Shown: positions 32,659 to 45,703 of the stretch, in pieces
Layout of the letters: the number at the start of each line of letters is the position of its first letter
Numbering within the stretch: position 1 is the first letter of the stretch
Position numbers and translations under genes: made by a program
Assembly (NCBI RefSeq): GCF_003018255.1
Contig: NZ_CP027440.1
DNA from: Escherichia coli
Lineage (GTDB): Bacteria > Pseudomonadota > Gammaproteobacteria > Enterobacterales > Enterobacteriaceae
Length of the DNA: 64,000 nt
Direction: 5' to 3' (one strand)
The notes under the pieces: model-generated
Seen by the model: the letters and a program-made list of their open reading frames with translations, nothing else
What the model was told of the DNA's origin: nothing
Database searches by the model: none

Positions 32659-34775
32659 CGCAGGAAACGATGGATTATCACGCTCTGAATGCGATGCTTA
32701 ACCTTTACGATAGCGCAGGTCGCATTCAGTTCGATAAAGACCGCCAGGCCGTTGACGCCTTTATTGCGACGCATGTGCGTCCGAACAGTGTGGCCTTCAG
32801 TAGCCAGCAGCAGCGCCTGAACTGGCTGGTTAACGAAGGTTACTATGATGAAAGTGTCCTTAATCGCTACTCTCGCGATTTTGTCATTACGCTGTTTGCC
32901 CACGCACACGCCAGCGGTTTTCGTTTTCAGACATTCCTCGGAGCATGGAAGTTTTACACCAGCTATACGTTGAAGACATTCGACGGTAAGCGTTATCTGG
33001 AAGATTTTGCCGATCGAGTCACGATGGTGGCGCTGACGCTGGCACAAGGCGATGAAACACTGGCGACGCAACTGACCGATGAGATGCTGTCAGGACGCTT
33101 TCAGCCTGCAACACCGACATTCCTCAACTGTGGTAAGCAGCAGCGCGGCGAACTGGTTTCCTGTTTTTTGCTGCGTATTGAAGACAATATGGAGTCGATT
33201 GGCCGGGCAGTAAATTCCGCACTGCAACTGTCGAAACGCGGCGGCGGCGTTGCATTTTTGCTGTCGAATCTGCGGGAAGCGGGCGCGCCAATTAAACGTA
33301 TTGAAAATCAATCTTCTGGCGTGATTCCGGTGATGAAAATGCTGGAAGACGCATTTTCCTATGCCAACCAGCTCGGCGCGCGTCAGGGTGCTGGCGCAGT
33401 CTATTTACATGCTCATCATCCCGATATTCTGCGTTTTCTCGATACAAAACGGGAAAATGCCGACGAAAAAATCCGCATTAAAACACTGTCGCTGGGCGTG
33501 GTGATCCCGGATATCACTTTCCATCTGGCAAAAGAGAATGCGCAGATGGCGCTGTTTTCGCCCTATGACATAGAGCGAGTTTATGGCAAGCCATTTGCCG
33601 ATGTCGCCATCAGTGAACACTATGACGAACTGGTTGCCGATGAACGCATTCGCAAAAAATACCTCAACGCCCGTGATTTCTTCCAGCGACTGGCAGAGAT
33701 CCAGTTTGAGTCTGGCTATCCGTACATCATGTATGAAGACACGGTTAACCGTGCTAACCCTATCGCCGGGCGCATAAATATGAGCAATCTCTGCTCAGAA
33801 ATTTTGCAGGTTAACAGCGCCTCAGAATATGACGAGAATCTCGACTATGCCCGTACAGGCCATGATATTTCCTGCAATTTAGGTTCGTTGAATATTGCCC
33901 ACACCATGGATTCCCCCGACTTTGCCCGCACGGTAGAGACTGCCGTGCGCGGTTTAACGGCAGTATCAGATATGAGTCATATCCGCAGCGTGCCGTCCAT
34001 CGAAGCCGGAAATGCCGCCTCGCACGCCATCGGACTGGGGCAGATGAATTTACACGGTTATCTGGCGCGAGAAGGCATCGCTTATGGATCGCCGGAAGCA
34101 CTCGATTTCACCAATCTCTATTTCTATACCATCACCTGGCACGCACTGCGTACCTCGATGTTGCTGGCGCGCGAACGCGGTGAAACCTTCGCCGGGTTCA
34201 AACAGTCACGCTATGCCAGTGGTGAATATTTTAGCCAATATCTGCAAGGGAACTGGCAGCCGAAAACGGCGAAAGTTGGCGAACTGTTTACCCGTAGCGG
34301 TATTACGTTACCTACCCGTGAGATGTGGGCGCAGCTGCGCGACGACGTGATGCGCTACGGCATTTACAACCAGAATCTTCAGGCGGTGCCGCCAACCGGT
34401 TCTATCTCTTATATCAACCATGCTACGTCGAGTATTCATCCGATTGTGGCGAAAGTAGAGATACGCAAAGAGGGCAAAACAGGACGCGTTTACTACCCTG
34501 CCCCGTTTATGACTAACGAGAATCTGGCGCTGTATCAGGACGCTTACGAAATTGGCGCAGAAAAGATCATCGACACCTACGCGGAAGCGACTCGCCATGT
34601 CGATCAGGGGCTGTCGCTGACGCTGTTTTTCCCCGATACCGCCACCACTCGCGATATCAACAAAGCGCAGATTTACGCCTGGCGCAAGGGTATCAAAACG
34701 CTCTATTACATTCGCCTGCGTCAGATGGCGCTGGAAGGCACTGAAATTGAAGGCTGCGTCTCCTGTGCACTTTAA
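32631..34775 (+). CDS. nrdE: Class Ib ribonucleotide reductase alpha subunit
   Basis: 714-aa ORF; RNR large-subunit catalytic motifs. Confidence 0.95.
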
Positions 34776-35744
<969 letters not shown>

Positions 35745-36003
35745 GGGGGTTATTTTCAAAAATATCACTACCCGCTGCAGGGAAATAATTCCCGCCAAAT
35801 AGCTTTATATCACGCAAATAATTTGTGGTGATCTACACTGATACTCTGTTGCATTATTCGCCTGAAACCACAATATTCAGGCGTTTTTTTGCTATCTTTG
35901 ACAAAAAATATCAACTTTTCTCGATTTGCTCTCAGCCCTTATATCATGGGAAATTCCGGCGATTTGCTCACATCAATATTCATGCCACATTTGCCATCAG
36001 GGG

Positions 36004-36031
36004 TTGCCTCAGATTCTCAGTATGTTAGGGT
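36004..36031 (+). promoter_or_regulatory. proU (proVWX) sigma-70 osmoregulated promoter
   Basis: TTGCCT (36004-36009), 16-nt spacer, TAGGGT (36026-36031), about 70 nt upstream of the proV ATG; matches the known proU -35/-10. Confidence 0.6.
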
Positions 36032-36099
36032 AGAAAAAAGTGACTATTTCCATTGGGTAATGTATCGACATAAACAAATAACAGGAATCTTTCTATTGC

Positions 36100-37302
36100 A
36101 TGGCAATTAAATTAGAAATTAAAAATCTTTATAAAATATTTGGTGAGCATCCACAGCGAGCTTTCAAATATATCGAACAAGGACTTTCAAAAGAACAAAT
36201 TCTGGAAAAAACTGGGCTATCGCTTGGCGTAAAAGACGCCAGTCTGGCCATTGAAGAAGGCGAGATATTTGTCATCATGGGATTATCCGGTTCGGGTAAA
36301 TCCACAATGGTACGCCTTCTCAATCGCCTGATTGAACCCACCCGCGGGCAAGTGCTGATTGATGGTGTGGATATTGCCAAAATATCCGACGCCGAACTCC
36401 GTGAGGTGCGCAGAAAAAAGATTGCGATGGTCTTCCAGTCCTTTGCCTTAATGCCGCATATGACCGTGCTGGACAATACTGCGTTCGGTATGGAACTGGC
36501 CGGAATTAATGCCGAAGAACGCCGGGAAAAAGCCCTTGATGCACTGCGTCAGGTCGGGCTGGAAAATTATGCCCACAGCTACCCGGATGAACTCTCTGGC
36601 GGGATGCGTCAACGTGTGGGATTAGCCCGCGCGTTAGCGATTAATCCGGATATATTATTAATGGACGAAGCCTTCTCAGCACTCGATCCATTAATTCGCA
36701 CCGAGATGCAGGATGAGCTGGTAAAATTACAGGCGAAACATCAGCGCACCATTGTCTTTATTTCCCACGATCTCGATGAAGCTATGCGTATTGGCGACCG
36801 AATTGCCATTATGCAAAATGGTGAAGTGGTACAGGTCGGCACACCGGATGAAATTCTCAATAATCCGGCGAATGATTATGTCCGTACCTTCTTCCGTGGC
36901 GTAGATATTAGCCAGGTGTTCAGTGCGAAAGATATTGCTCGCCGGACACCGAACGGCTTAATTCGTAAAACCCCCGGCTTCGGCCCGCGTTCAGCACTGA
37001 AATTATTGCAGGATGAAGATCGCGAATATGGCTACGTCATCGAACGCGGTAATAAGTTTGTCGGCGCGGTGTCTATCGATTCGCTTAAAGCCGCGTTAAC
37101 GCTGCAGCAAGGTCTTGATGCGGCGCTGATTGATGCGCCGTTAGCGGTCGATGCACAAACGCCTCTTAGCGAGTTGCTCTCTCATGTCGGACAGGCACCC
37201 TGTGCGGTGCCCGTGGTCGACGAGGACCAACAGTATGTCGGCATCATTTCGAAAGGAATGCTGCTGCGCGCTTTAGATCGTGAGGGGGTAAATAATGGCT
37301 GA
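36100..37302 (+). CDS. proV: Glycine betaine/proline ABC transporter ATP-binding subunit (with C-terminal CBS domains)
   Basis: 400-aa ORF; Walker [13 protein letters not shown] signature LSGGMRQR, Walker B ILLMDE. Confidence 0.95.
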   Translation: MAIKLEIKNLYKIFGEHPQRAFKYIEQGLSKEQILEKTGLSLGVKDASLAIEEGEIFVIMGLSGSGKSTMVRLLNRLIEPTRGQVLIDGVDIAKISDAELREVRRKKIAMVFQSFALMPHMTVLDNTAFGMELAGINAEERREKALDALRQVGLENYAHSYPDELSGGMRQRVGLARALAINPDILLMDEAFSALDPLIRTEMQDELVKLQAKHQRTIVFISHDLDEAMRIGDRIAIMQNGEVVQVGTPDEILNNPANDYVRTFFRGVDISQVFSAKDIARRTPNGLIRKTPGFGPRSALKLLQDEDREYGYVIERGNKFVGAVSIDSLKAALTLQQGLDAALIDAPLAVDAQTPLSELLSHVGQAPCAVPVVDEDQQYVGIISKGMLLRALDREGVNNG

Positions 37303-38359
37303 TCAAAATAATCCGTGGGATACCACGCCAGCGGCGGACAGTGCTGCACAATCCGCAGACGCCTGGGGTACACCGGCTGCTGCACCGACTGACGGCGGTG
37401 GTGCTGACTGGCTGACCAGTACGCCTGCGCCAAACGTCGAGCATTTTAATATTCTCGATCCGTTCCATAAAACACTGATCCCGCTCGACAGTTGGGTCAC
37501 TGAAGGGATCGACTGGGTCGTTACCCATTTCCGTCCCGTCTTCCAGGGCGTGCGCGTTCCGGTTGATTATATCCTCAACGGTTTCCAGCAATTGCTGCTG
37601 GGTATGCCCGCTCCGGTGGCGATTATCGTTTTCGCTCTCATCGCCTGGCAGATTTCCGGGGTCGGAATGGGCGTGGCGACGCTGGTTTCGCTGATTGCCA
37701 TCGGCGCAATCGGTGCCTGGTCGCAGGCCATGGTTACCCTGGCGCTGGTGTTAACCGCCCTGCTGTTCTGTATCGTCATAGGTTTGCCGTTGGGGATCTG
37801 GCTGGCGAGAAGTCCGCGAGCGGCGAAAATTATTCGTCCACTGCTTGATGCCATGCAGACCACGCCCGCGTTTGTTTATCTGGTGCCAATCGTCATGCTG
37901 TTTGGTATCGGTAACGTGCCGGGCGTGGTGGTGACGATCATCTTTGCGCTGCCGCCGATTATCCGTCTGACGATTCTGGGAATTAACCAGGTTCCGGCGG
38001 ATCTGATTGAAGCCTCGCGCTCATTCGGTGCCAGCCCGCGCCAGATGCTGTTCAAAGTTCAGTTACCGCTGGCGATGCCGACCATTATGGCGGGCGTTAA
38101 CCAGACGCTGATGCTGGCCCTTTCTATGGTGGTCATCGCCTCGATGATTGCCGTCGGCGGGCTGGGTCAGATGGTGCTTCGCGGTATCGGTCGTCTGGAT
38201 ATGGGGCTTGCCACCGTTGGCGGCGTCGGGATTGTGATCCTCGCCATTATCCTCGACCGCCTGACGCAGGCCGTTGGGCGCGACTCACGCAGTCGCGGCA
38301 ACCGTCGCTGGTACACCACTGGCCCTGTCGGTCTGCTGACCCGCCCATTCATTAAGTAA
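37295..38359 (+). CDS. proW: Glycine betaine/proline ABC transporter permease
   Basis: 354-aa ORF overlapping the proV stop; permease with extended N-terminal region. Confidence 0.95.
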   Translation: MADQNNPWDTTPAADSAAQSADAWGTPAAAPTDGGGADWLTSTPAPNVEHFNILDPFHKTLIPLDSWVTEGIDWVVTHFRPVFQGVRVPVDYILNGFQQLLLGMPAPVAIIVFALIAWQISGVGMGVATLVSLIAIGAIGAWSQAMVTLALVLTALLFCIVIGLPLGIWLARSPRAAKIIRPLLDAMQTTPAFVYLVPIVMLFGIGNVPGVVVTIIFALPPIIRLTILGINQVPADLIEASRSFGASPRQMLFKVQLPLAMPTIMAGVNQTLMLALSMVVIASMIAVGGLGQMVLRGIGRLDMGLATVGGVGIVILAIILDRLTQAVGRDSRSRGNRRWYTTGPVGLLTRPFIK

Positions 38360-38416
38360 CTCTGCACTTGCCCGGTGACGCCGGGCATTATCACCCTGCC
38401 AAAAAAAGGAATAACA

Positions 38417-39409
38417 ATGCGACATAGCGTACTTTTTGCGACAGCGTTTGCCACGCTTATCTCTACACAAACTTTTGCTGCCGACCTGCCGGGCAAAGGC
38501 ATTACTGTTAATCCGGTTCAGAGCACCATCACCGAAGAAACTTTCCAGACGCTGCTGGTCAGCCGCGCGCTGGAGAAATTAGGTTATACCGTCAATAAAC
38601 CCAGCGAAGTGGATTACAACGTTGGCTACACCTCGCTTGCTTCCGGCGATGCAACCTTCACCGCAGTGAACTGGACGCCACTGCATGACAACATGTACGA
38701 AGCTGCCGGTGGCGATAAGAAATTTTATCGTGAAGGAGTATTTGTTAACGGCGCGGCACAGGGTTACCTGATCGATAAGAAAACTGCCGACCAGTACAAA
38801 ATTACCAACATCGCGCAACTTAAAGATCCGAAGATCGCCAAACTGTTCGATACCAACGGCGACGGTAAAGCGGATTTAACCGGCTGTAACCCAGGCTGGG
38901 GCTGCGAAGGTGCGATCAACCACCAGCTTGCCGCGTATGGACTGACCAATACCGTGACGCATAATCAGGGGAACTACGCAGCGATGATGGCTGACACCAT
39001 CAGTCGTTACAAAGAGGGTAAGCCGGTGTTTTACTACACCTGGACGCCGTACTGGGTGAGTAACGAACTGAAACCGGGGAAAGATGTGGTCTGGTTGCAG
39101 GTGCCGTTCTCCGCACTGCCGGGCGATAAAAATGCCGATACCAAACTGCCGAATGGCGCGAATTACGGCTTCCCGGTCAGTACCATGCATATCGTTGCCA
39201 ACAAAGCCTGGGCCGAGAAAAACCCGGCAGCAGCGAAACTGTTTGCCATTATGCAGTTACCAGTGGCTGATATTAACGCCCAGAACGCCATTATGCATGA
39301 CGGCAAAGCCTCAGAAGGCGATATTCAGGGCCACGTTGATGGCTGGATCAAAGCCCACCAGCAGCAGTTCGATGGCTGGGTGAATGAGGCGCTGGCAGCG
39401 CAGAAGTAA
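38417..39409 (+). CDS. proX: Glycine betaine/proline periplasmic binding protein
   Basis: Start at [28 protein letters not shown] (signal peptide), 330 aa. Confidence 0.93.
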   Translation: MRHSVLFATAFATLISTQTFAADLPGKGITVNPVQSTITEETFQTLLVSRALEKLGYTVNKPSEVDYNVGYTSLASGDATFTAVNWTPLHDNMYEAAGGDKKFYREGVFVNGAAQGYLIDKKTADQYKITNIAQLKDPKIAKLFDTNGDGKADLTGCNPGWGCEGAINHQLAAYGLTNTVTHNQGNYAAMMADTISRYKEGKPVFYYTWTPYWVSNELKPGKDVVWLQVPFSALPGDKNADTKLPNGANYGFPVSTMHIVANKAWAEKNPAAAKLFAIMQLPVADINAQNAIMHDGKASEGDIQGHVDGWIKAHQQQFDGWVNEALAAQK

Positions 39410-39415
39410 TTTTTA

Positions 39416-39493
39416 TTCGGGCGGATAAGGCGTTTTTGCCTCATCCGCCGCTCTGTACACAATGCCTGATGCGACGCTGGTGCGTCTTATCAT
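39416..39493. repeat. REP elements downstream of proX
   Basis: GGGCGGATAAGGCGTTTTTGCCTCATCCGCC and GCCTGATGCGACGCTGGTGCGTCTTATCA palindromic units. Confidence 0.75.
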
Positions 39494-39600
39494 ACCTACA
39501 AACCACACCGCACATTTCAACAATCTATCTTTCATCCCATATTCATCAACATCCGCTATTATTGATTTCCAGCTTAATCATCACCTGATGAACAAAAATA

Positions 39601-40785
39601 ATGACTAAACCTAATCATGAGCTTAGCCCGGCGCTGATCGTGCTGATGTCTATCGCCACCGGCCTGGCGGTAGCCAGTAACTATTACGCCCAGCCATTGC
39701 TCGACACCATCGCGCGTAACTTTTCCCTTTCCGCCAGTTCGGCAGGCTTTATTGTTACCGCCGCGCAGTTGGGCTATGCCGCAGGTCTGCTGTTTCTTGT
39801 TCCCCTCGGTGATATGTTTGAACGCCGCCGCCTGATTGTCTCGATGACCTTACTGGCAGCAGGCGGCATGTTAATCACTGCCAGCAGTCAGTCGCTGGCG
39901 ATGATGATCCTCGGTACAGCATTAACCGGTTTATTTTCAGTCGTGGCACAAATTCTGGTTCCACTGGCAGCGACGCTGGCTTCACCGGACAAACGCGGCA
40001 AAGTGGTTGGCACCATTATGAGCGGTCTGCTATTGGGGATCTTACTCGCACGGACCGTTGCCGGATTGCTGGCGAATCTCGGCGGCTGGCGCACCGTCTT
40101 TTGGGTTGCTTCGATGTTAATGGCACTGATGGCGCTGGCATTATGGCGTGGTCTGCCACAAATGAAATCAGAAACCCACCTTAACTACCCACAGTTGTTG
40201 GGTTCCGTTTTCAGCATGTTTATCAGCAATAAGATCCTGCGCACCCGCGCGTTGCTGGGCTGCCTGACCTTTGCCAACTTCAGCATTCTCTGGACCTCAA
40301 TGGCCTTTTTGCTTGCCGCTCCACCTTTTAACTACAGCGATGGTGTAATTGGTCTGTTTGGGCTTGCGGGAGCTGCCGGAGCGTTGGGCGCTCGTCCGGC
40401 GGGCGGTTTTGCCGATAAGGGCAAATCGCACCACACCACAACTTTCGGTCTGCTGCTGCTGTTACTTTCATGGCTGGCAATCTGGTTTGGTCACACTTCC
40501 GTACTGGCGCTGATTATCGGCATCCTGGTGCTGGACCTCACCGTGCAGGGCGTGCATATCACTAACCAGACGGTAATTTATCGAATACACCCTGATGCGC
40601 GTAATCGCCTGACCGCAGGTTACATGACCAGCTACTTTATTGGCGGTGCCGCTGGTTCGCTAATTTCAGCCTCAGCCTGGCAACATGGCGGTTGGGCTGG
40701 CGTGTGTCTGGCTGGCGCGACGATTGCCCTGGTTAACTTACTGGTCTGGTGGCGAGGTTTTCATCGTCAGGAAGCCGCAAATTAA
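39601..40785 (+). CDS. ygaY: Major facilitator superfamily transporter YgaY (intact here)
   Basis: 394-aa ORF with 12 predicted TM segments. From memory the K-12 copy is annotated as a pseudogene. Confidence 0.8.
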   Translation: MTKPNHELSPALIVLMSIATGLAVASNYYAQPLLDTIARNFSLSASSAGFIVTAAQLGYAAGLLFLVPLGDMFERRRLIVSMTLLAAGGMLITASSQSLAMMILGTALTGLFSVVAQILVPLAATLASPDKRGKVVGTIMSGLLLGILLARTVAGLLANLGGWRTVFWVASMLMALMALALWRGLPQMKSETHLNYPQLLGSVFSMFISNKILRTRALLGCLTFANFSILWTSMAFLLAAPPFNYSDGVIGLFGLAGAAGALGARPAGGFADKGKSHHTTTFGLLLLLLSWLAIWFGHTSVLALIIGILVLDLTVQGVHITNQTVIYRIHPDARNRLTAGYMTSYFIGGAAGSLISASAWQHGGWAGVCLAGATIALVNLLVWWRGFHRQEAAN

Positions 40786-40908
40786 GCAATCAGCAACCGT
40801 TTTCGTGGCTTTACACTTATAAGGGTGTTAAGAAGCCCATCAGTCTGATAAGGTTAAGATATTCATTCAGTCTATTTATAATATTAACAATCGTTAAGCG
40901 TACACTCT

Positions 40909-41646
40909 ATGGAAAGCCCTACTCCACAGCCTGCTCCTGGTTCGGCGACCTTCATGGAAGGATGCAAAGACAGTTTACCGATTGTTATTAGTTATATTCC
41001 GGTGGCCTTTGCGTTCGGTCTGAATGCGACCCGTCTGGGATTCTCTCCTCTCGAAAGCGTTTTTTTCTCCTGCATCATTTATGCAGGCGCGAGCCAGTTC
41101 GTCATTACCGCGATGCTGGCAGCCGGGAGTAGTTTGTGGGTTGCTGCACTGACCGTCATGGCAATGGATGTTCGCCATGTTTTGTATGGCCCGTCACTGC
41201 GTAGCCGTATTATTCAGCGTCTGCAAAAATCGAAAACCGCCCTGTGGGCATTTGGCCTGACGGATGAGGTTTTTGCCGCCGCAACCGCAAAACTGGTACG
41301 CAATAATCGCCGCTGGAGCGAGAACTGGATGATCGGCATTGCCTTCAGTTCATGGTCATCGTGGGTATTTGGTACGGTAATAGGGGCATTCTCCGGCAGC
41401 GGCTTGCTGCAAGGATATCCCGCCGTTGAAGCAGCATTAGGTTTTATGCTTCCGGCACTCTTTATGAGTTTCCTGCTCGCCTCTTTCCAGCGCAAACAAT
41501 CTCTTTGCGTTACCGCAGCGTTAGTTGGTGCCCTTGCAGGCGTAACGCTATTTTCTATTCCCGTCGCCATTCTGGCAGGCATTGTCTGTGGCTGCCTCAC
41601 TGCGTTAATCCAGGCATTCTGGCAAGGAGCGCCCGATGAGCTATGA
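40909..41646 (+). CDS. ygaZ: AzlC-family branched-chain amino acid (valine) exporter subunit
   Basis: 245-aa membrane protein; paired with the overlapping ygaH. Confidence 0.88.
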   Translation: MESPTPQPAPGSATFMEGCKDSLPIVISYIPVAFAFGLNATRLGFSPLESVFFSCIIYAGASQFVITAMLAAGSSLWVAALTVMAMDVRHVLYGPSLRSRIIQRLQKSKTALWAFGLTDEVFAAATAKLVRNNRRWSENWMIGIAFSSWSSWVFGTVIGAFSGSGLLQGYPAVEAALGFMLPALFMSFLLASFQRKQSLCVTAALVGALAGVTLFSIPVAILAGIVCGCLTALIQAFWQGAPDEL

Positions 41647-41971
41647 GGTTCTGCTGCTTGGGTTACTGGTTGGCGCGGCGAATTATTGCTTCCGCTATCT
41701 GCCGCTGCGCCTGCGTGTGGGTAATGCCCGCCCAACCAAACGTGGCGCGGTAGGTATTTTGCTCGACACCATTGGCATCGCCTCGATATGCGCTCTGCTG
41801 GTTGTTTCTACCGCACCAGAAGTGATGCACGATACACGCCGTTTCGTGCCCACACTGGTCGGCTTCGCGGTACTGGGTGCCAGTTTCTATAAAACACGCA
41901 GCATTATCATCCCAACACTGCTTAGTGCGCTGGCCTATGGGCTAGCCTGGAAAGTGATGGCGATTATATAA
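41636..41971 (+). CDS. ygaH: AzlD-family exporter small subunit
   Basis: 111-aa membrane protein overlapping the ygaZ stop. Confidence 0.88.
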   Translation: MSYEVLLLGLLVGAANYCFRYLPLRLRVGNARPTKRGAVGILLDTIGIASICALLVVSTAPEVMHDTRRFVPTLVGFAVLGASFYKTRSIIIPTLLSALAYGLAWKVMAII

Positions 41972-42061
41972 CCCACAAGAATCATTTTTCTAAAACAATA
42001 CATTTACTTTATTTGTCACTGTCGTTACTATATCGGCTGAAATTAATGAGGTCATACCCAA

Positions 42062-42592
42062 ATGGATAGTTCGTTTACGCCCATTGAACAAATGCTAAAA
42101 TTTCGCGCCAGCCGCCACGAAGATTTTCCTTATCAGGAGATCCTTCTGACCCGTCTTTGCATGCATATGCAAAGCAAGCTGCTGGAAAACCGCAATAAAA
42201 TGCTGAAGGCTCAGGGGATTAACGAGACGTTGTTTATGGCGTTGATTACGCTGGAGTCTCAGGAAAACCACAGTATTCAGCCTTCTGAATTGAGTTGTGC
42301 TCTTGGATCATCCCGTACCAACGCGACGCGTATTGCCGATGAACTGGAAAAACGCGGTTGGATCGAACGTCGTGAAAGCGATAACGATCGCCGCTGCCTG
42401 CATCTGCAATTAACGGAAAAAGGTCACGAGTTTTTGCGCGAGGTTTTACCGCCGCAGCATAACTGCCTGCATCAACTCTGGTCCGCGCTCAGCACAACAG
42501 AAAAAGACCAGCTCGAGCAAATCACCCGCAAATTGCTCTCCCGTCTCGACCAGATGGAACAGGACGGTGTGGTTCTCGAAGCGATGAGCTAA
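42062..42592 (+). CDS. mprA: MarR-family repressor MprA (EmrR)
   Basis: 176-aa ORF with a winged HTH; lies upstream of emrAB. Confidence 0.93.
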
Positions 42593-42718
42593 CGCGTCAT
42601 CTCGCTCAAAAATCCAGATTTATAAAAGAAAAAATGACTGGCCAGCATCGCAACATGCTGGCCTTTTTGGCAAGCAGGTCGGCTCAGCCGATGAGTTAAG
42701 AAGATCGTGGAGAACAAT

Positions 42719-43891
42719 ATGAGCGCAAATGCGGAGACTCAAACCCCGCAGCAACCGGTAAAGAAGAGCGGCAAACGTAAGCGTCTGCTCCTCCTTCTCA
42801 CCTTGCTCTTTATAATTATTGCCGTAGCGATAGGGATTTATTGGTTTTTGGTACTGCGTCATTTCGAAGAAACTGATGACGCATACGTGGCAGGGAATCA
42901 GATTCAAATTATGTCTCAGGTGTCTGGCAGCGTGACGAAAGTCTGGGCCGATAACACCGATTTTGTAAAAGAAGGCGATGTGCTGGTCACTCTCGACCCG
43001 ACAGATGCTCGCCAGGCGTTTGAAAAAGCCAAAACTGCACTGGCTTCCAGCGTTCGCCAAACCCACCAGCTGATGATTAACAGCAAACAGTTGCAGGCGA
43101 ATATTGAGGTGCAAAAAATCGCCCTCGCGAAAGCACAAAGCGACTACAACCGCCGTGTGCCGCTGGGCAATGCCAACCTGATTGGTCGCGAAGAGCTGCA
43201 ACACGCCCGCGACGCCGTTACCAGTGCCCAGGCACAACTGGACGTCGCTATTCAACAATACAATGCCAATCAGGCGATGATTCTGGGGACTAAACTGGAA
43301 GATCAGCCTGCCGTGCAACAGGCTGCCACCGAAGTACGTAACGCCTGGCTGGCGCTGGAGCGTACCCGTATTGTCAGTCCGATGACCGGTTATGTCTCCC
43401 GCCGCGCGGTACAGCCTGGGGCGCAAATTAGCCCAACGACGCCGCTGATGGCGGTCGTTCCAGCCACCAATATGTGGGTGGATGCCAACTTTAAAGAGAC
43501 GCAGATTGCCAATATGCGTATCGGTCAGCCGGTCACCATCACCACCGATATTTACGGCGATGATGTGAAATACACCGGAAAAGTGGTTGGTCTGGATATG
43601 GGCACAGGTAGCGCGTTCTCACTGCTTCCGGCGCAAAATGCAACCGGTAACTGGATCAAAGTCGTTCAGCGTCTGCCTGTTCGTATTGAACTGGACCAGA
43701 AACAGCTCGAGCAATACCCGCTGCGTATCGGTTTGTCCACGCTGGTGAGCGTCAATACCACTAACCGTGACGGTCAGGTACTGGCAAATAAAGTACGTTC
43801 CACACCGGTAGCGGTAAGCACCGCGCGTGAAATCAGCCTGGCACCTGTCAATAAACTGATCGACGATATCGTAAAAGCTAACGCTGGCTAA
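42719..43891 (+). CDS. emrA: Multidrug efflux membrane fusion protein EmrA
   Basis: Start at MSANAETQTPQQP; single N-terminal TM then coiled-coil/HlyD-like fold. Confidence 0.93.
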   Translation: MSANAETQTPQQPVKKSGKRKRLLLLLTLLFIIIAVAIGIYWFLVLRHFEETDDAYVAGNQIQIMSQVSGSVTKVWADNTDFVKEGDVLVTLDPTDARQAFEKAKTALASSVRQTHQLMINSKQLQANIEVQKIALAKAQSDYNRRVPLGNANLIGREELQHARDAVTSAQAQLDVAIQQYNANQAMILGTKLEDQPAVQQAATEVRNAWLALERTRIVSPMTGYVSRRAVQPGAQISPTTPLMAVVPATNMWVDANFKETQIANMRIGQPVTITTDIYGDDVKYTGKVVGLDMGTGSAFSLLPAQNATGNWIKVVQRLPVRIELDQKQLEQYPLRIGLSTLVSVNTTNRDGQVLANKVRSTPVAVSTAREISLAPVNKLIDDIVKANAG

Positions 43892-43907
43892 TCCAGAGGT
43901 GCGTGTG

Positions 43908-45446
43908 ATGCAACAGCAAAAACCGCTGGAAGGCGCGCAACTGGTCATTATGACGATTGCGCTGTCACTGGCGACATTCATGCAGGTGCTGGACTCCACC
44001 ATTGCTAACGTGGCGATCCCCACTATCGCCGGGAATCTGGGCTCATCGCTCAGCCAGGGAACGTGGGTAATCACTTCTTTCGGGGTGGCGAATGCCATCT
44101 CGATCCCGCTTACCGGCTGGCTGGCAAAGCGCGTCGGGGAAGTGAAACTGTTCCTCTGGTCCACCATCGCCTTTGCTATTGCGTCGTGGGCGTGTGGTGT
44201 CTCCAGCAGCCTGAATATGCTGATCTTCTTCCGCGTGATTCAGGGGATTGTCGCCGGGCCGCTGATCCCGCTTTCGCAAAGTCTATTGCTTAATAACTAC
44301 CCGCCAGCCAAACGCTCGATCGCGCTGGCGTTGTGGTCGATGACGGTGATTGTCGCGCCAATTTGCGGCCCGATCCTCGGCGGTTATATCAGCGATAATT
44401 ACCACTGGGGCTGGATATTCTTCATCAACGTACCGATTGGCGTGGCGGTGGTGTTGATGACACTGCAAACCCTGCGCGGACGTGAAACCCGCACCGAACG
44501 GCGGCGGATTGATGCCGTGGGGCTGGCACTGCTGGTTATTGGTATCGGTAGCCTGCAGATTATGCTCGACCGCGGTAAAGAGCTGGACTGGTTCTCATCA
44601 CAGGAAATTATCATCCTTACCGTGGTGGCAGTGGTGGCTATCTGCTTCCTGATTGTCTGGGAGCTGACCGACGATAACCCGATAGTCGATCTGTCGTTGT
44701 TTAAGTCGCGCAACTTCACCATCGGCTGCTTGTGTATCAGCCTCGCGTATATGCTCTACTTCGGCGCGATTGTTCTGCTGCCGCAGTTGTTGCAGGAGGT
44801 CTACGGTTACACGGCAACGTGGGCAGGTCTGGCCTCTGCGCCGGTAGGGATTATTCCGGTGATCCTGTCGCCGATTATCGGCCGCTTCGCGCATAAACTG
44901 GATATGCGGCGGCTGGTAACCTTCAGCTTTATTATGTATGCCGTCTGCTTCTACTGGCGCGCCTATACCTTTGAACCAGGTATGGATTTTGGCGCGTCGG
45001 CCTGGCCGCAGTTTATCCAGGGGTTTGCGGTGGCCTGCTTCTTTATGCCGCTGACCACCATTACGCTGTCTGGTTTGCCACCGGAACGACTGGCGGCGGC
45101 ATCGAGCCTCTCTAACTTTACGCGAACGCTGGCGGGGTCTATCGGCACATCCATCACCACCACCATGTGGACCAACCGCGAGTCGATGCACCATGCGCAG
45201 TTGACTGAGTCGGTAAATCCGTTCAACCCGAATGCCCAGGCGATGTATAGTCAACTGGAAGGACTGGGGATGACGCAACAGCAGGCATCAGGCTGGATTG
45301 CCCAGCAGATCACCAATCAGGGGCTGATTATTTCTGCCAATGAGATCTTCTGGATGTCAGCCGGGATATTCCTCGTCTTGCTGGGGCTGGTGTGGTTTGC
45401 TAAACCGCCATTTGGCGCAGGTGGCGGCGGAGGTGGTGCGCACTAA
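43908..45446 (+). CDS. emrB: Multidrug efflux MFS pump EmrB (14-TM DHA2 family)
   Basis: Start at MQQQKPLEGAQLV; 512 aa. Confidence 0.93.
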   Translation: MQQQKPLEGAQLVIMTIALSLATFMQVLDSTIANVAIPTIAGNLGSSLSQGTWVITSFGVANAISIPLTGWLAKRVGEVKLFLWSTIAFAIASWACGVSSSLNMLIFFRVIQGIVAGPLIPLSQSLLLNNYPPAKRSIALALWSMTVIVAPICGPILGGYISDNYHWGWIFFINVPIGVAVVLMTLQTLRGRETRTERRRIDAVGLALLVIGIGSLQIMLDRGKELDWFSSQEIIILTVVAVVAICFLIVWELTDDNPIVDLSLFKSRNFTIGCLCISLAYMLYFGAIVLLPQLLQEVYGYTATWAGLASAPVGIIPVILSPIIGRFAHKLDMRRLVTFSFIMYAVCFYWRAYTFEPGMDFGASAWPQFIQGFAVACFFMPLTTITLSGLPPERLAAASSLSNFTRTLAGSIGTSITTTMWTNRESMHHAQLTESVNPFNPNAQAMYSQLEGLGMTQQQASGWIAQQITNQGLIISANEIFWMSAGIFLVLLGLVWFAKPPFGAGGGGGGAH

Positions 45447-45453
45447 GGTTGTC

Positions 45454-45480
45454 AAAGGGAGCTGCGGCTCCCTTTTTATT
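45454..45480 (+). terminator. Rho-independent terminator after emrB
   Basis: GGGAGC-tgcg-GCTCCC followed by TTTTTATTT. Confidence 0.7.
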
Positions 45481-45703
45481 TGCTCATTTTGCAAACGGTT
45501 GTTTTATCCACTCATTCGGTGTATCTTTTCGCCGCCCCAAACTCTTCCATTCACCATTAACCGGTTCTGAGCATTCGCTCAGGTTGTTAATTCTCTTTTT
45601 CTTTCGCCCTCGCTTTCGCGGGTGATACTCACATTTTTCTTTTAACCCCATAACTCGCACCCTCGCGGGCGTACATTTATTACACACAAAATAATGGATT
45701 ATT

